Positions 37,906-49,846 of a DNA stretch of 64,000 bases are shown piece by piece. The stretch is taken from the NCBI RefSeq assembly GCF_964204865.1, contig NC_135263.1, positions 16,926,001-16,990,000 of the forward strand, written 5' to 3'. Origin of the DNA: Styela clava (lineage: Eukaryota). The notes beneath the pieces were generated by a model. That model had not been told where the DNA came from. It was given only the letters and a program-made list of their open reading frames with translations, and ran no database searches. A program made the position numbers and the translations under genes. Every line of letters starts with the position of its first letter. Position 1 is the first letter of the stretch.

Positions 37906-39131
37906 TTATTGGACACGAAATGGACATAACGATCGTTTCAATATTATGTTGGTCTTGTTGTTGTTCTTTGACACTTTTTGGACACCTAGTGGAAATATTA
38001 AAAAACCGCTTTTCTCTTTGATCACAGGACCGATTGCTTTGAAATTTTTAGTGGTTAAAGATGAAATTTTTCTCCAGAAGGCTATTACTTTTATTTATTT
38101 CAAATATTTCTGTTAGCTCTGTGAGATTTGTTTTTGTTTGCTATGACGTCACTGAACGTTCTGCGGACGCATATGCATGCACTCCTCTTTTTTGAACACG
38201 TGACATTGAACGTTGGCGTGACGGCGGATTCAGAAAGTCGTTGCAAATCGATTTCGAGGTTACCGGTGAATGGCGGTGATGCTAAAGGTACGGTAGACAG
38301 TACTGTACTGCTTCGCTTAGTGTGAATATATTTGTAGACGGAAGTTTAGAGGTACGGTAAACCGTACTTCACTGCTTCGCTTGGTGTGAATATATTTGTA
38401 GACTGTGGTCTAAAGATACGGTAAACCGTACCGGGACCTGTAGGCCTACCGGTACTGTACTGCTTCGCTTGGTGTGAATATATTTGTAGACCGTGGTCCT
38501 GTAGGCCTACCGGTACTGTACTGCTTCGCTTGGTGTGAATATATTTGTAGACTGTGGTATCTGCTGTTATAATACCGTGATAAATCGAATAAGTTAGTTT
38601 TGCTAATCGTCTGGCATTACAGGTGAGAGGGGGAATAGGGTGCGTATTTCCAATACGTCGATAATATCTTTGTCAACCAATTTGCGACCACTGTGTTTTT
38701 GTCTGTTTCATTGCTGTGATGTGGTGCTTTGTTTATTATTTGACCAGTTTTGTTCGAAATAACCGTGTTCTTAACATATATGACTGTCAGAAATGCAATT
38801 AGAAGCCCAATGTTTTTAAAGATAGAGAACTTCTGGTACCGTAACACAGCGCGGTGACACTGAACTAACTCGTAGCTGTCAAAAGCTTGAAAATCCATAC
38901 AAATATAAGAGATAAAAGGTTTTGCGTTTTTACATTTAAACGAGGGGGAATAGGGGGGTGCGCATTTCCAATACGTCGATAATATCTTTGTCAACCAATT
39001 TGCGACCGTGATTTTGTCTGTTTGATTGCTGTGATGGGGTGTGGTGCTTTGTTTATACAGGTACTGGTAAGTCATATGATTTTCGGGGAGTTATTTTGCG
39101 TGTCCATATATTTGAGCATTGCTCTCTTGTT
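37906..39131 (+). mobile_element. HINE family A copy carrying internal tandem repeats
   Basis: Same termini as 23625-23870. Four copies of ACTGCTTCGCTT(G/A)GTGTGAATATATTTGTAGAC at 38300-38555 and two ~110-bp repeats at ~38625 and ~38942. Confidence 0.75.
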
Positions 39132-39439
39132 ACACTTACTTTTAAAATCACTTCCGTGTATTTAGACCCGCAGGTATTCATTTGACTCTTATTTCTTTAT
39201 TTTTGATTGATTTGTGAATATTGAAAGAAACTTATTTGAGTTTTAATTAGGTACTGTAAATAGAAATAAAAAGTAATGGTGATATTAATGCACACGAAGA
39301 GAAATACATGATTTAAAAATATTCAGGAATAAGAAGCATGATATACGTACTTGTATCATCACATTATGAAACACAGAAATAAATGTAAAATCAAGTGAAA
39401 GATTGACGGTGAAATAAAATAACACACAGAAATTTATTT

Positions 39440-40576
39440 TGTTTTTATGTACTTTAAAGTTAACTTTAACTCCACCAGCAGGTTTTTTAGAGAAGAGGAC
39501 AGTTTGCATCCTGCTAAACGTGATATTCTGGTAAATATTTTGAAGTCCTTTAGCGGCAAATTTGAATGTATCAAAAATATGTTTTTGCACAAAGGCTCGA
39601 CTTTCGACTTTAAAAAGCCCCAGTGTGCGTTTATCGAACTTAAACTGTTTTATACAACATTCACGTGTATCGTCAAATGGTATTGTTTTTTTTTTATTAA
39701 AAATGAACTCGTGACGATGGGTTTCACAAGATTTGGAAGGAAACCACTTATGATAATTAATGTAAAATTGTTCTCGCATTTCTGGTTTTACCAAAATTTT
39801 TCAAATTTTTATTGGAAATAGCGGAATAACAGCTATCGATTCCCATTGACAAGTATTGATAGTCGGAAGAATGAAAGTATTTAGCAAAAAATTCATATTT
39901 CAGTTCTAACATGCGTAATTTTGCGACGACGAATCCAATCTGGTTGGGTAATTTCCACACAATCTGTTTTCTTTTTGAAGTTGGTTCAAATAAGTCGTCA
40001 CTAAGTTGAGTCGCTAACAAATGAAGGTTCATTGATCAGGTCGCGTGTTACATTACCATCACAGTATGCTATGTTACGGTAGTTCGCCAAAGTCTTTCCA
40101 TACGAAGAGTTCCCTGTAGATAGAAGGGTAGAATAAATAGTGAATAAAAATATTCACTAAGTATGAAACAAAACTTATTAATTATTTTTTAAATTATAAT
40201 TTTTATTTAAGTGTTACTAAATTTGTTATTAGTAAAATGAAACTTACAACTTATATGTATCAGCTAAAATTGCCTTTTCCGATGACATGTCACCATTTCC
40301 GCGAGCCATTGAAACTTCATTACAAAACGGCACGAAACATGCTTCGGGTTCATACTCGATAAATTGGTATATGTGGGTAATATGGAGATCGTGATCAAGA
40401 TACCATCGGACCAGGTCAGTGGCCAAAAGAATTTTATCACCAAAATAACTCCCTATAAGTGAACGTCTGGGCTGAGACATTGTTTTGTTATTAATCGCGT
40501 ACTGTCGCATAAGTTCACCGATATCGTCTCGATATACTAAAATATTTTTAAAAATTGGGGGCATTTCGCGAAGTCA
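39440..40576 (-). pseudogene. Protein-primed B-family DNA polymerase, C-terminal half, with intron ~40114-40247
   Basis: EMPPIFKN, RRSLIGS, ILLATDLVRWYL, motif B ADTYKL|GNSSYGK, LPNQIGF..AKLRMLE, motif C decayed to MGIDSCY, KRTLGLFKVE, AAKG. Confidence 0.9.
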
Positions 40577-40599
40577 TCGATACTGAAATATCAAATGAA

Positions 40600-40904
40600 A
40601 GCACGACCTTTTATCCGGAAAATCTGGACAACGGATAAGTATTGTTCCATTTTTCACACAAAAGGGGCAAAAGCTGTTGGTTCTGAAACTATTACATACT
40701 GGTGTTCGCATGGCCAGTGATGTACTGAATGGAAAAAGTATAAAGTCTTCCTTACGTGACCAGTCCAAACAAGCAGGTCGGAATTTATTAGGCAAAATTA
40801 CAGCACTTCCCAAGAGTATTAAAAGGAAGCGTAAATTGCAAATTGCCTTCAGTTCGAGACGACCTCGCAAACGCCAAAGAAAAGGGAGAGACATTTTCGA
40901 ATAA
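40600..40904 (+). pseudogene. Small basic Polinton core-like (DNA-condensing) protein remnant
   Basis: TGVRMASDVLNGKSIKSSL...KRKRK..RRPRKRQRKGRDIFE*, ending 1 nt before the capsid ATG, as is typical of Maverick gene order. Confidence 0.6.
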
Positions 40905-40905
40905 A

Positions 40906-43900
40906 ATGGCAAAACTTGTTCACGGTCTAAGCCCTGAGTGCGCTAAATCTGAAAGGTAACTAAACAGAACATCAATCAATCTCTACAATTAACCATGGTT
41001 CACCGATAGAATTTATTGTCCCGGCTGTTGATACTCAGTATCTCGATCTAGCGAATTCTCATCTCCACGTAAATATTAAAATTGTGACTGGTGATGGTAA
41101 TGATATCCCTGATGACGCCTTAGTAGCCCTATAGCAACTAACCACCAAATGTACCCCATTTCATGTTGATATCATCAAAACAAAGTTAATTTTTACCAAA
41201 ATTCGAACAAAGACTTTCGTTGGAATCAAATTACACCAGTTTTAAGAACCTAACATGTTCCACCCAGTCATCATCAAATTAAAATTTATATTCTCAAGAC
41301 CTTTGGAACTGATTGAAATAATTATATCTAAGTTTCCATCCGTACGATGTACATAATTACCCCTATTGAGATAATAGGAGTTTCTGTTTATAACGTGAAT
41401 CACGAACTCACGTTTACAGTATTTAATTAGATTTATGATCGACGTATAAATACGACTCGATATCTTTCAATGTTAAGCTAGTTTGGATAAATGTTTTAAG
41501 ATTTGTATTCTGTGTGTTGTGGAAATTTACGAATAAAAACATAAAAAGATTAATAACGTATCTTCATTCACGTGGGCGTGTAAGCTGAAGGGTGAACGGG
41601 TGACTTGCAAGTCAGAGACAATCTACAAATTAGCAATATACGGTGACATCACATTCATTTACCAATTATATGTATATGCTATAAATGGTGACAAAACCGA
41701 CTTGAATTAACCTTCTGAAACGGACCAGATTAACGGACAACAACCAGGACAGGCAACAATTGGATGGAATCAACCAAAAAAGCTGACCAAGCGAAAGATA
41801 AATTTCCTTTCCATCATCTAAAAACATATTAGTCGTTAATTGGGGCCATTGCTGATCTAATATCTGTTTTCTTTCGGCAGCTTTCAACAATTGCCGAGAA
41901 ACCGTTTCTACAAAACGTGCGAAAATCAAATTCGACCAACTTACGAACGTCGGGGAGATTCAAATTGCCTGGAACAACGATTGAAGTAGCAAATTGCTGA
42001 CAAGCCTAAATAATCAAAAGCATTATGAAAAGACAATAATCTCAATTGAAAGCAGTTGAACTATGGTAACGGACTCTGGAAACGTTAAAATCATGAATAT
42101 GGACTGTATTGAACATCGATCAAAATGAACTCTTTTAGAACATGATATATGTTCGAGGTGAAAACCCTGATCAAAAAACGAACTGTTGAAAACAATGAAC
42201 TATATGGACTGTTTTACGGTAAATCACGCGCTCTATTCCGAACAATAGAGAAATTATCGCGCATACCTAATGGATATACAGCTCAGGAGCATGGTATTTT
42301 ACAATTTGTTTCATGATTTGCAGGTTTTTCTCCTCATTGAGACAGACATTTTTCATTCTTCCACTATTACTACGATAAAGTACTTTTTTTATTCTTATAT
42401 ATACATGGCGTTTCGTTCGGCTTTCAATTTTTATAAATTAATTAATGGTAAGAGCTTTGAATATTCTAATTTCAAATATCTTTCAATAGATTTATATTAT
42501 TGAATATTTGTGGTTAGCATTCCTTTTCGATTAAATCGTTAGGATAAAAATGCTTTCTAAAAGTAGGTTCGAGCGAGTCATACTTTTAATTCTATACAAA
42601 GCCGTCATATAGAACGGTAAAATAATAAGCTCGTTTAACAAAAATTGTATCCAAAAGCGTTATTTTTTCAAAAAAGCTCTGAGATGGCATAAACTTACAA
42701 GCATATATTGACCAACTAGGTTTACAAAATCGTAACAATGCGATAAAGCGAGTATAAGTATTTTACCTTAGCGAAATACATTAAATTGAAAATATGTTTT
42801 AACCGTCCAAATCAAAATTTTTAAAATAGAAATACGCCATCCATCTGTAATTCTACTTTACCCTTTCTATAAACTCTTCTTTATTTCAATGTCTTGTCAC
42901 ATTGTAGATCATATACATGTAAATATTTTTTTGGCCTATAGCATTGTGTATTGTATTTTTCTATATATATTCAATTTATTAGAGGTGCCAAATCTTTAAA
43001 TTCCCAATTATCCGGAGGGGGAGATAATATAGCAACTAACCCCCAAATGTACCCCATTTCATGTTGAAATCATCAAAACAAAGTTAATTTTTCCCAAAAT
43101 TCGAACAAAGACTTTCGTAGGAATCAAATTACACCAGTTTTAAGAACATAACAGGTTCCACCCAGTCATTATCAAATTAAAATTTATATTCTCAAGACCT
43201 TTGGCACGGACTGAAATAATTATATCTAAGTTCCCATCCGTACGATGTACATAATTACCCTTATTGAGATAATAGGAGTTTCTGTTTATAACGTGAATCA
43301 CGAGCTCACGTTTACAGTATTTAATTAGATTTATGATCGATGTAAAAATACGACTCGATATCTTTCAATGTTGAGCTAGTTTGGATGAATGTTTTAAGAT
43401 TTGTTTTCTGTGTGTTGTGGAAATTTAGAGATTTTTAACGTATCTTCATTCACATGGGCGTTGAAGCTGAAGGGTGAACGGGTGACTTGCAAGTCAGAGA
43501 CAATCTACAAATTAGCAATATAAGGTGACATCATATTCATTTACCAATTATATATGCTATAGCCCCAGTTTCCAACTTTTCAAATTCAATGTGGAGACAG
43601 GTGGAAATTTCATTGAATGATGCAAATCTGAAAGGCAGTCACACAAACTACCCTTACCTAGACTACATTAACACTCTTCTCGAATTTGGCACGGAGGCTA
43701 AAAAATCGCAATTAAGCGGAGTTCTCTGGTTTCCTGAAAAGGCTTCACATTTTGAAGCTACTGGAAATGTAAACACAGGCTACCAGAAACGAAAATAATT
43801 CATCACTGGTAGTCGGAACTGTTGATATGGCTGGGAAATTATGTTCTGACAGATTTAATCAGTCAAGATATGTTAGTACCGAGTAGCGATGCATTTTGCT

Positions 43901-44575
43901 TACAGGCTGCTAACGCTGATACTGTCTACAAAGTAAAACTTTTAGATGTATCATTGTTCATAAGGCGGGTGGAAATAAGCCCTTCTGTTCAGCTGGGACG
44001 TAATACGGTGCTTAATACAAATAAAACGTGTATGTATCCAATTTCCAGGACCGAAGTTAAATATTTCTCAATCCCTCAAGGCGCTCTAAATGTTTCCAAT
44101 GAGAACTTATTTTCAGGGGTGTTACCCCATAAACTCATAATTGGTCTAGTGGACACTTTGAGCTATACTAATTCTATTACACACAACCCTTTCAATTTCA
44201 AACATTATGATACGAATTTTATTTGTTTGTATAAAAACGGAATTCAAATTCCGAGTACACCGCTAACCCCAGATTTTAAAATAGGAGATATATACGATGC
44301 TATCGATCACTTTTTCTCGGAACGCAAAGGTTTGGATTAGACGAGGGTATTCCTATTACACGAGAAGAATATCCCGGAGGAAATACACTACTTTGCTTCG
44401 ACTTGTCACCAGACTTGACATCGGGGATGACATTTGATTTAAAAGTGTATGGTTCATAAGGATCGAGATGAAATTTGCAAACCCTCTAAACAGACCCGTC
44501 ACCGCGATAATCTATAGTTAATTTGGCGCGTTAATAGAATTTGATCGAATGAGAAACGTGTATCCTGACTTTAAA
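40906..44575 (+). pseudogene. Polinton major capsid protein (hexon-like), interrupted by an LTR element at 41130-43561
   Basis: MAKLVHGLSPECAKSE, PIEFIVP..YLDLANSHLHV, QVEISLND..NYPYLDYINTLL, LFSGVLPHKLIIGLV..NPFNFKHY, CFDLSPD, IEFDRMRNV. Confidence 0.9.
41130..43561 (+). mobile_element. Full-length non-autonomous LTR element with TATAGCA...TGCTATA LTRs
   Basis: LTRs at 41130-41683 and 43028-43561, PBS-like TGGTGACAAAACCGAC at 41686, PPT GGAGGGGGAGA, and 4-bp TSD GCCC. Removing it restores the capsid frame LVAPVSNF. Confidence 0.92.
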
Positions 44576-44584
44576 TGGGTTAAA

Positions 44585-45038
44585 ATGAACACCGATGAAC
44601 TCGACTCCATATTACAAAATCATCCTGACACAAGGGGAATGATTTTAAAAATGATTGGACCAAATACCAAAGACCTAACCTCAAAAACCTTATGGATTCA
44701 TTATTATCAATACTGACCCAAGCGTGAAAGGTGGAAGCCACTGAGGATGCATATACGATGAGGGGGCGGACAAGCCAGAATATTTTGACAGTTTTGGAAT
44801 AATACCCTTCAAGCGAGCTTTTTTACAACTTTCTGGGTGATCATTTCAAGCTGAATACTAAGAGGTTACAATCTAACAAAGCAAAGGCTTGTGGCCAATA
44901 CTGCATTTACTTTTAATAAAACGTTGTCAAGGACTTTCTATGAAATCTATTGTGAACCACTTTGGGGATAATTATGCAGAAAATGATATAGCAGTTTTCA
45001 AGTATATACAACAAATTCAGAACCTTAAATTTAAATAA
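44585..45038 (+). pseudogene. Adenain-type cysteine maturation protease
   Basis: MNTDELDSIL..., IINTDPSVKGGSH*, EYFDSFG, RLQS..ACGQYC (His/Asp/Gln/Cys set). Stops and frameshifts. Confidence 0.9.
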
Positions 45039-45199
45039 ATTAAACACGGTACTTAGGATTCTTATCAGCTCTCAGTGGCATTACTTACAAGTCTTCTTCC
45101 ATTAACATGTGAATATGAACACACCTGCAATTTATTCTTTTTTATAAAAGTTCATATCATATACTTCATAATTCTAAAAAAACTATTTCTTCATTATTT

Positions 45200-45663
45200 G
45201 AGAACAATTTTACATTAATTATCATAATTGGTTTCCTTCCAAATCTTGTGAAACCAATCGTCACGGGTTCATTTTTAATGCAACAAACCTGTTACCATTT
45301 GACGATACACGTGAATGTTGTATAAAACAGTTTAAGTTCGATAAACGCACACCGGGGTTTTTTAAAGTCGAATTTTCTGGAGATACTTTTGTGGGCCTTT
45401 GTGCAAAAACATATTTTTGTCAAGGTAATAATACATTCGAATTTGCCGCTAAAGGACTTCAAAATATTCACCAGAATATCACGTTTAGCAAGATGCAAAA
45501 TGTTCTATTCTTTGAAAAACCTGCGGGTGGAGTTAACATTAACTTTGAAGTACATAAAAACAAAATATTTACCTATAAACAGTATCGAAATGCTATGCTT
45601 TACTTCTACGGGAAACGAAGAGTTCATAATGATGAAATTTCAACCAGTCCCTTGTTAATTTAA
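45200..45663 (+). pseudogene. Second, inverted copy of the pPolB C-terminus (~150 codons)
   Basis: EQFYINYHNWFPSKSCE...KRTPGFFKVEFSGDTFVGLCAKTYF..AAKG..YFYGKRRV..TSPLLI*. Reverse complement of ~39440-39776. Confidence 0.9.
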
Positions 45664-45785
45664 CTATCTTATTATTTTTGTTACGTTCATTAAATGTCTA
45701 CATTAATTAATATCAAGAAATTTCTGTGTGTTATTAAACCTCAATGACCGATTAAATATTTGCTGAAAAATGCTTTGTTTCACAG

Positions 45786-46049
45786 GCCTTGGAAATGTAC
45801 GAGTGGGTTGATGGCTTCAACTACACAATTCCGCAATTCAAGAAATATTTTATAAGGGATGAACACACATCAGTCAATTTACATGAGCTCAAGCGAATAG
45901 AGGACCCGTTTAAAATACAGACAATGATTCTTTATATCAAGGACTTCATGTTGCACCTAATGCTAACTAAATATGAATTTTTAGAAGATGTGGTGCCGCC
46001 AGTATTCTGGTTCGAAGAGTACTTAAAACTTAGAGACGGACATTACTAA
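45786..46049 (+). CDS. Polinton accessory ORF of unknown function (partial inverted copy at 37650-37845)
   Basis: Open 86-codon frame preceded by acceptor-like TTTGTTTCACAG. Lies between PolB and the terminus in both arms. Confidence 0.45.
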   Translation, partial: ALEMYEWVDGFNYTIPQFKKYFIRDEHTSVNLHELKRIEDPFKIQTMILYIKDFMLHLMLTKYEFLEDVVPPVFWFEEYLKLRDGHY

Positions 46050-46449
46050 CGTGACTTTTCACGTATTTACTTTTTACATTTTATTTTACACATTTTACAT
46101 TTTTTTTGTTTTTCGTGTGTGTGTGTGTGTGTTATAACGGTGTGATAATAAAGGAAAAATACCAACGGTGGTAATTTTTTTAAACGACGGATTCTAAAGC
46201 ATTCTCACTAAAATAGTGTAAAATGATAGCTCTATTAGCAAATCTTCCCTTTTGCGGTTTCAAAGATCAAAGAATAAGCAAAAATTTTTTTTTCGCTCAC
46301 GTTCACTTCAAACCACGTCACCCTGAAAGCTTAGACCGAGCGGTCTCACCGGACTGGACCAACCGGAAGACCTACCGGAGGACCCACAGGACCCACCGTC
46401 TCTGCGAACCCTGATCCACTACTGGTATACGTCGTGTGACAATAGAGGA

Positions 46450-48153
46450 AACGTCTTCTTATTCAAACCAATAAATTAGCCTGAAATATATAAATAAGGC
46501 TATACCTTTTCTATTCATTCGTTATCTGCTGGGGTGAGCTCTTCCATAACTGAGTCAGAGGGAATTCGTGTGCTGGGTTAAACTTTAGTTAACCGATAAG
46601 AAGTTTTAAGCGGGCCATTATCACTCTGCGATCTCGGATTCGACAATTGGTTACATTTTCAACGTAAAGATTGACTATGGCAATCTATATTTGGACTTCC
46701 ACCCGGCGTTACGAAGACTATGACGATGTATTCGTAAATATATACAATTGCAATACATGTTATTCGAAACTATGAACATGTCCTTGTCGGATCAGACAAA
46801 CACTGGTTTGTTTAGCTAGCCAACAACCAAAAATTAATTACTTTACTGAATCCTACATTGGTGACCCGGCAAACGAACTGCGCCTTGCGAAAAAGAGTCA
46901 GAACATCAACCGCTGGAAAGGTGACCCCGAGAATATCAACTAAACAAGCCGAGGGTAAGATGAAAAAAAAAAATAATTCGATACCAATCAAAATTCAGAC
47001 CGTGCGATTAACCAAGGAATAAGAGCAAAAAACAGGGCGTAAGCAACTATCACAGAAAAAGTTATATTAAAAAATGTGTGTAAAACATTCACACGTTTGG
47101 ACTGGTATATTTAAAGAAATGTGTGCAACGCAATCGCACTATAACGAATGTTTTTATACCCGAGAAAAAACCGTTATAATTAAAAACTAGTCAGACAGAA
47201 AGAAATGAAAGTATGAAACGCAAAGAACTTCAGAAATAAATGCCCACGAATGAACCTGAAAGAAATCGCGCGATCATTACAGTATACTATTGTATTTTAT
47301 TATTTTCAATTTCGTGTACAAAGTGGACAAAGTTCTTCTTATTTCATATTTTCTTCTTTCTAATCATAACGGTCAAAACAATCTTACAAAAGCTTTGATG
47401 TATTTTCATAAACGCATGTAAAATCTTCATTTTTTCAAAACCCAAATAGCTTTATCATTTTTCACAGCAGCCAGCAAGACAATGAGTGATTTTTTTTCAG
47501 CGCTTCAAAATTTATTGATGTAAATGAGGTGTATTAGAGCGAAGCATTTGTAGTTATCTGTCAGCTGAATTAAAAAAATTACCTAACGCCAACCCTTTTC
47601 TTATTTAAAAACAGCATAACACACACCCACACATTCTTTCTCATAATCATAATTTCATCTTTATGTTTTTATAAATTTTGTTACATTTCGTGTATTTCTT
47701 TTTTCACTGCACGCACGAGCTTGGTCACTGTTCCGCATTAGTAGCAGAGGCATTATATAGGATATTGGGTAATTTATCTGCCTTTGGTGAGTAACTCAAA
47801 GTTATCCTAATCTTTCGCGGACAATAAAATTAGAAGCACGTACAGAGTAATAAAAGTGGCAATTAGACGACCTGTAGGCTGCAATGACATGCCATCGGGA
47901 TACCGAAACAAGGTAATGAATGACCACTCGTTAGGCGGGAAAAGGGATGATTTTGAACAGTGGGTAGCTGGAACAATTAACAACTCGACATGCGTGAAGT
48001 GTAATTTCGGATTTTGTCTGGCTTATCAGCCGGAATTGTTCATCTGTATACGTAAATATATACAATTCTATAGTATGTTTTGTAAATTATGAATATGTCT
48101 TTGTCAGAATCAAGTTTAGCCAACAACTTGAAATAACTTTATTAAACCCTACA
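46450..48153 (+). mobile_element. Non-coding LTR element related to 35140-37230
   Basis: LTR end TCCTACA (46857), PBS TGGTGACCCGG, internal region colinear with 35565-37020, purine run ~47933-47947, and 3' repeat ending CCCTACA (48153). Left boundary is approximate. Confidence 0.6.
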
Positions 48154-48163
48154 CTGCTACACC

Positions 48164-48485
48164 TGTAGGGAATATTAGAGAGTGAACAAAATTTTAACAG
48201 CAAAGAAACAAATGAAGCTGTAGATCCCAACTAGTCCGAAAAATTCTTCTGATTCGAAAAAATCACTTATATACCGCGACGCTGTGAATAATCACACGTT
48301 CGTACCAATTAGGCCAAAACTTGAATTGTTTCTTTAGCAGAATTATAACTAATGTAACACGTCGCCGTCAATTGGTTTACGTTGATCATTATCATGGAGT
48401 TATAATCAGTAACGACAATAAACGATAGATATATACAAGACGTTGTTGATATCAATATTTTATCCTACACTGGTGATTCGACAAA
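48164..48485 (+). mobile_element. LTR with PBS (truncated element)
   Basis: TGTAGGG...TCCTACA (48164-48469) followed by TGGTGATTCGAC and a leader similar to that at 46859. Confidence 0.6.
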
Positions 48486-49846
48486 CGACAGCACCTTCTG
48501 AAAAGAGGAGACAGATTTGCGCAACGGAGAACTGTAACAAAGTCAACGGAGCAACGAAGTTGCTGACAGACATAAGTGGCAAATAGCTGACAGACAGTAA
48601 GTGGCAAATAAAATACCAAGGCGACAATACAATAATTTAACTTGAAGGACTTTTAGACAATGGTATACGGAAACAGGTGGATGGAAGAACTCTTTTGAAC
48701 AAAAATGAGAAAAATCGATGACGAATTAACCAAATGATGACATAACAAAGAACGAAATCTCAATGCAACAAGGCATTATAACACGCGCTTTAACGAAATA
48801 TTAACGCGACAAGAGACGGAACCAACGAACATTCGAGTGCATGTTATATTTTTCACTGTCATAATTCCGATTTATTTTATCTATTGTAGATTTATCTTGT
48901 TGGGACATGCTTCCCTGTTCTTTTGATCTCAAGGTAAAAATCCCATTTCTTATGCTATGGCGTTTAATTACTTGACATTCGTGTCAACCATCCTATATAA
49001 ACGGTAAAATAACTCTTTAATATTATTCACTGGTTTTATCGTGTAACTATATTCTTCCCTGTGCCGCCGTAATACAACAACAAAAAGGTCGGTGACTTTG
49101 TTATTTTTTTCGTTGTCTGCAGGGCCAAGCTCTGCTCTAACCGAGTCAGAGGGAATTCGTGTGCTGGGTTAAACTCCTAGTTAACCGAGAGTTTTTGTCT
49201 ATAACTAAGCTCTATTTAGGATTGCTTTTAAAATAACAAGAATTCTACAAATTTGGTGGCGCCAACAATTGAATACAGCGTTTTTGAGAAGAACAGATCA
49301 GCGGAGGAACACAGATCAACTCAGAATCTCAAAAAAAAAAAAAAAACAGAAGAACTCAAGATAGGTAAGTTTCACGTTTAATATTAAGTGGCATATTATA
49401 CGGGCATGCTTATCTAATAGATCTCCTATCTTCTAATAGTTATCGCCTTTTTTTCACGATTATCAACGAAAACTAAAACTCTACAACATCGACAAGAGAA
49501 TCCGGTTCAACGATTATTGACACGAAGAAGACGAAATCGCCTAAGGACATTTCTACGGACATTCTTTATTTCACTGAATTTACTGCATTTTAATAATTAG
49601 TATGTACTGCAATTTTCTTTCCTATTTCTTCTATATTTCCCATGAGGATTAGTGTCTTCCCATTTGATTTATTTAAAAAGTCCAAATCTTGTTTAGCTCC
49701 AACTGATAAGAGTAGTAATTTACCTAAGCCAGAAGACGTATTAAAACCACCTTTAATAATTAAAGCTCAGTTGCCCGATAATCATAATATGCAATCAACT
49801 AAACAATCGTCTAAATCGTCGCCTAGCCAAATTTATGATTTATTCG

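Larger units (their letters stand above)
37571..46423. mobile_element. Internally deleted Polinton/Maverick (adintovirus-like) element
   Basis: Termini AGTAGTGGATCAGGGTTCGCAGAG ... CTCTGCGAACCCTGATCCACTACT and 6-bp flanks GCTATA / GGTATA (5/6). Contains pPolB, capsid and adenain remnants. Confidence 0.9.

Noticed and set aside
38300-38555. Repeat-spacer pattern resembling a CRISPR array
   Set aside because: The spacers are related to each other, the context is eukaryotic, there are no cas genes, and it lies inside a HINE.
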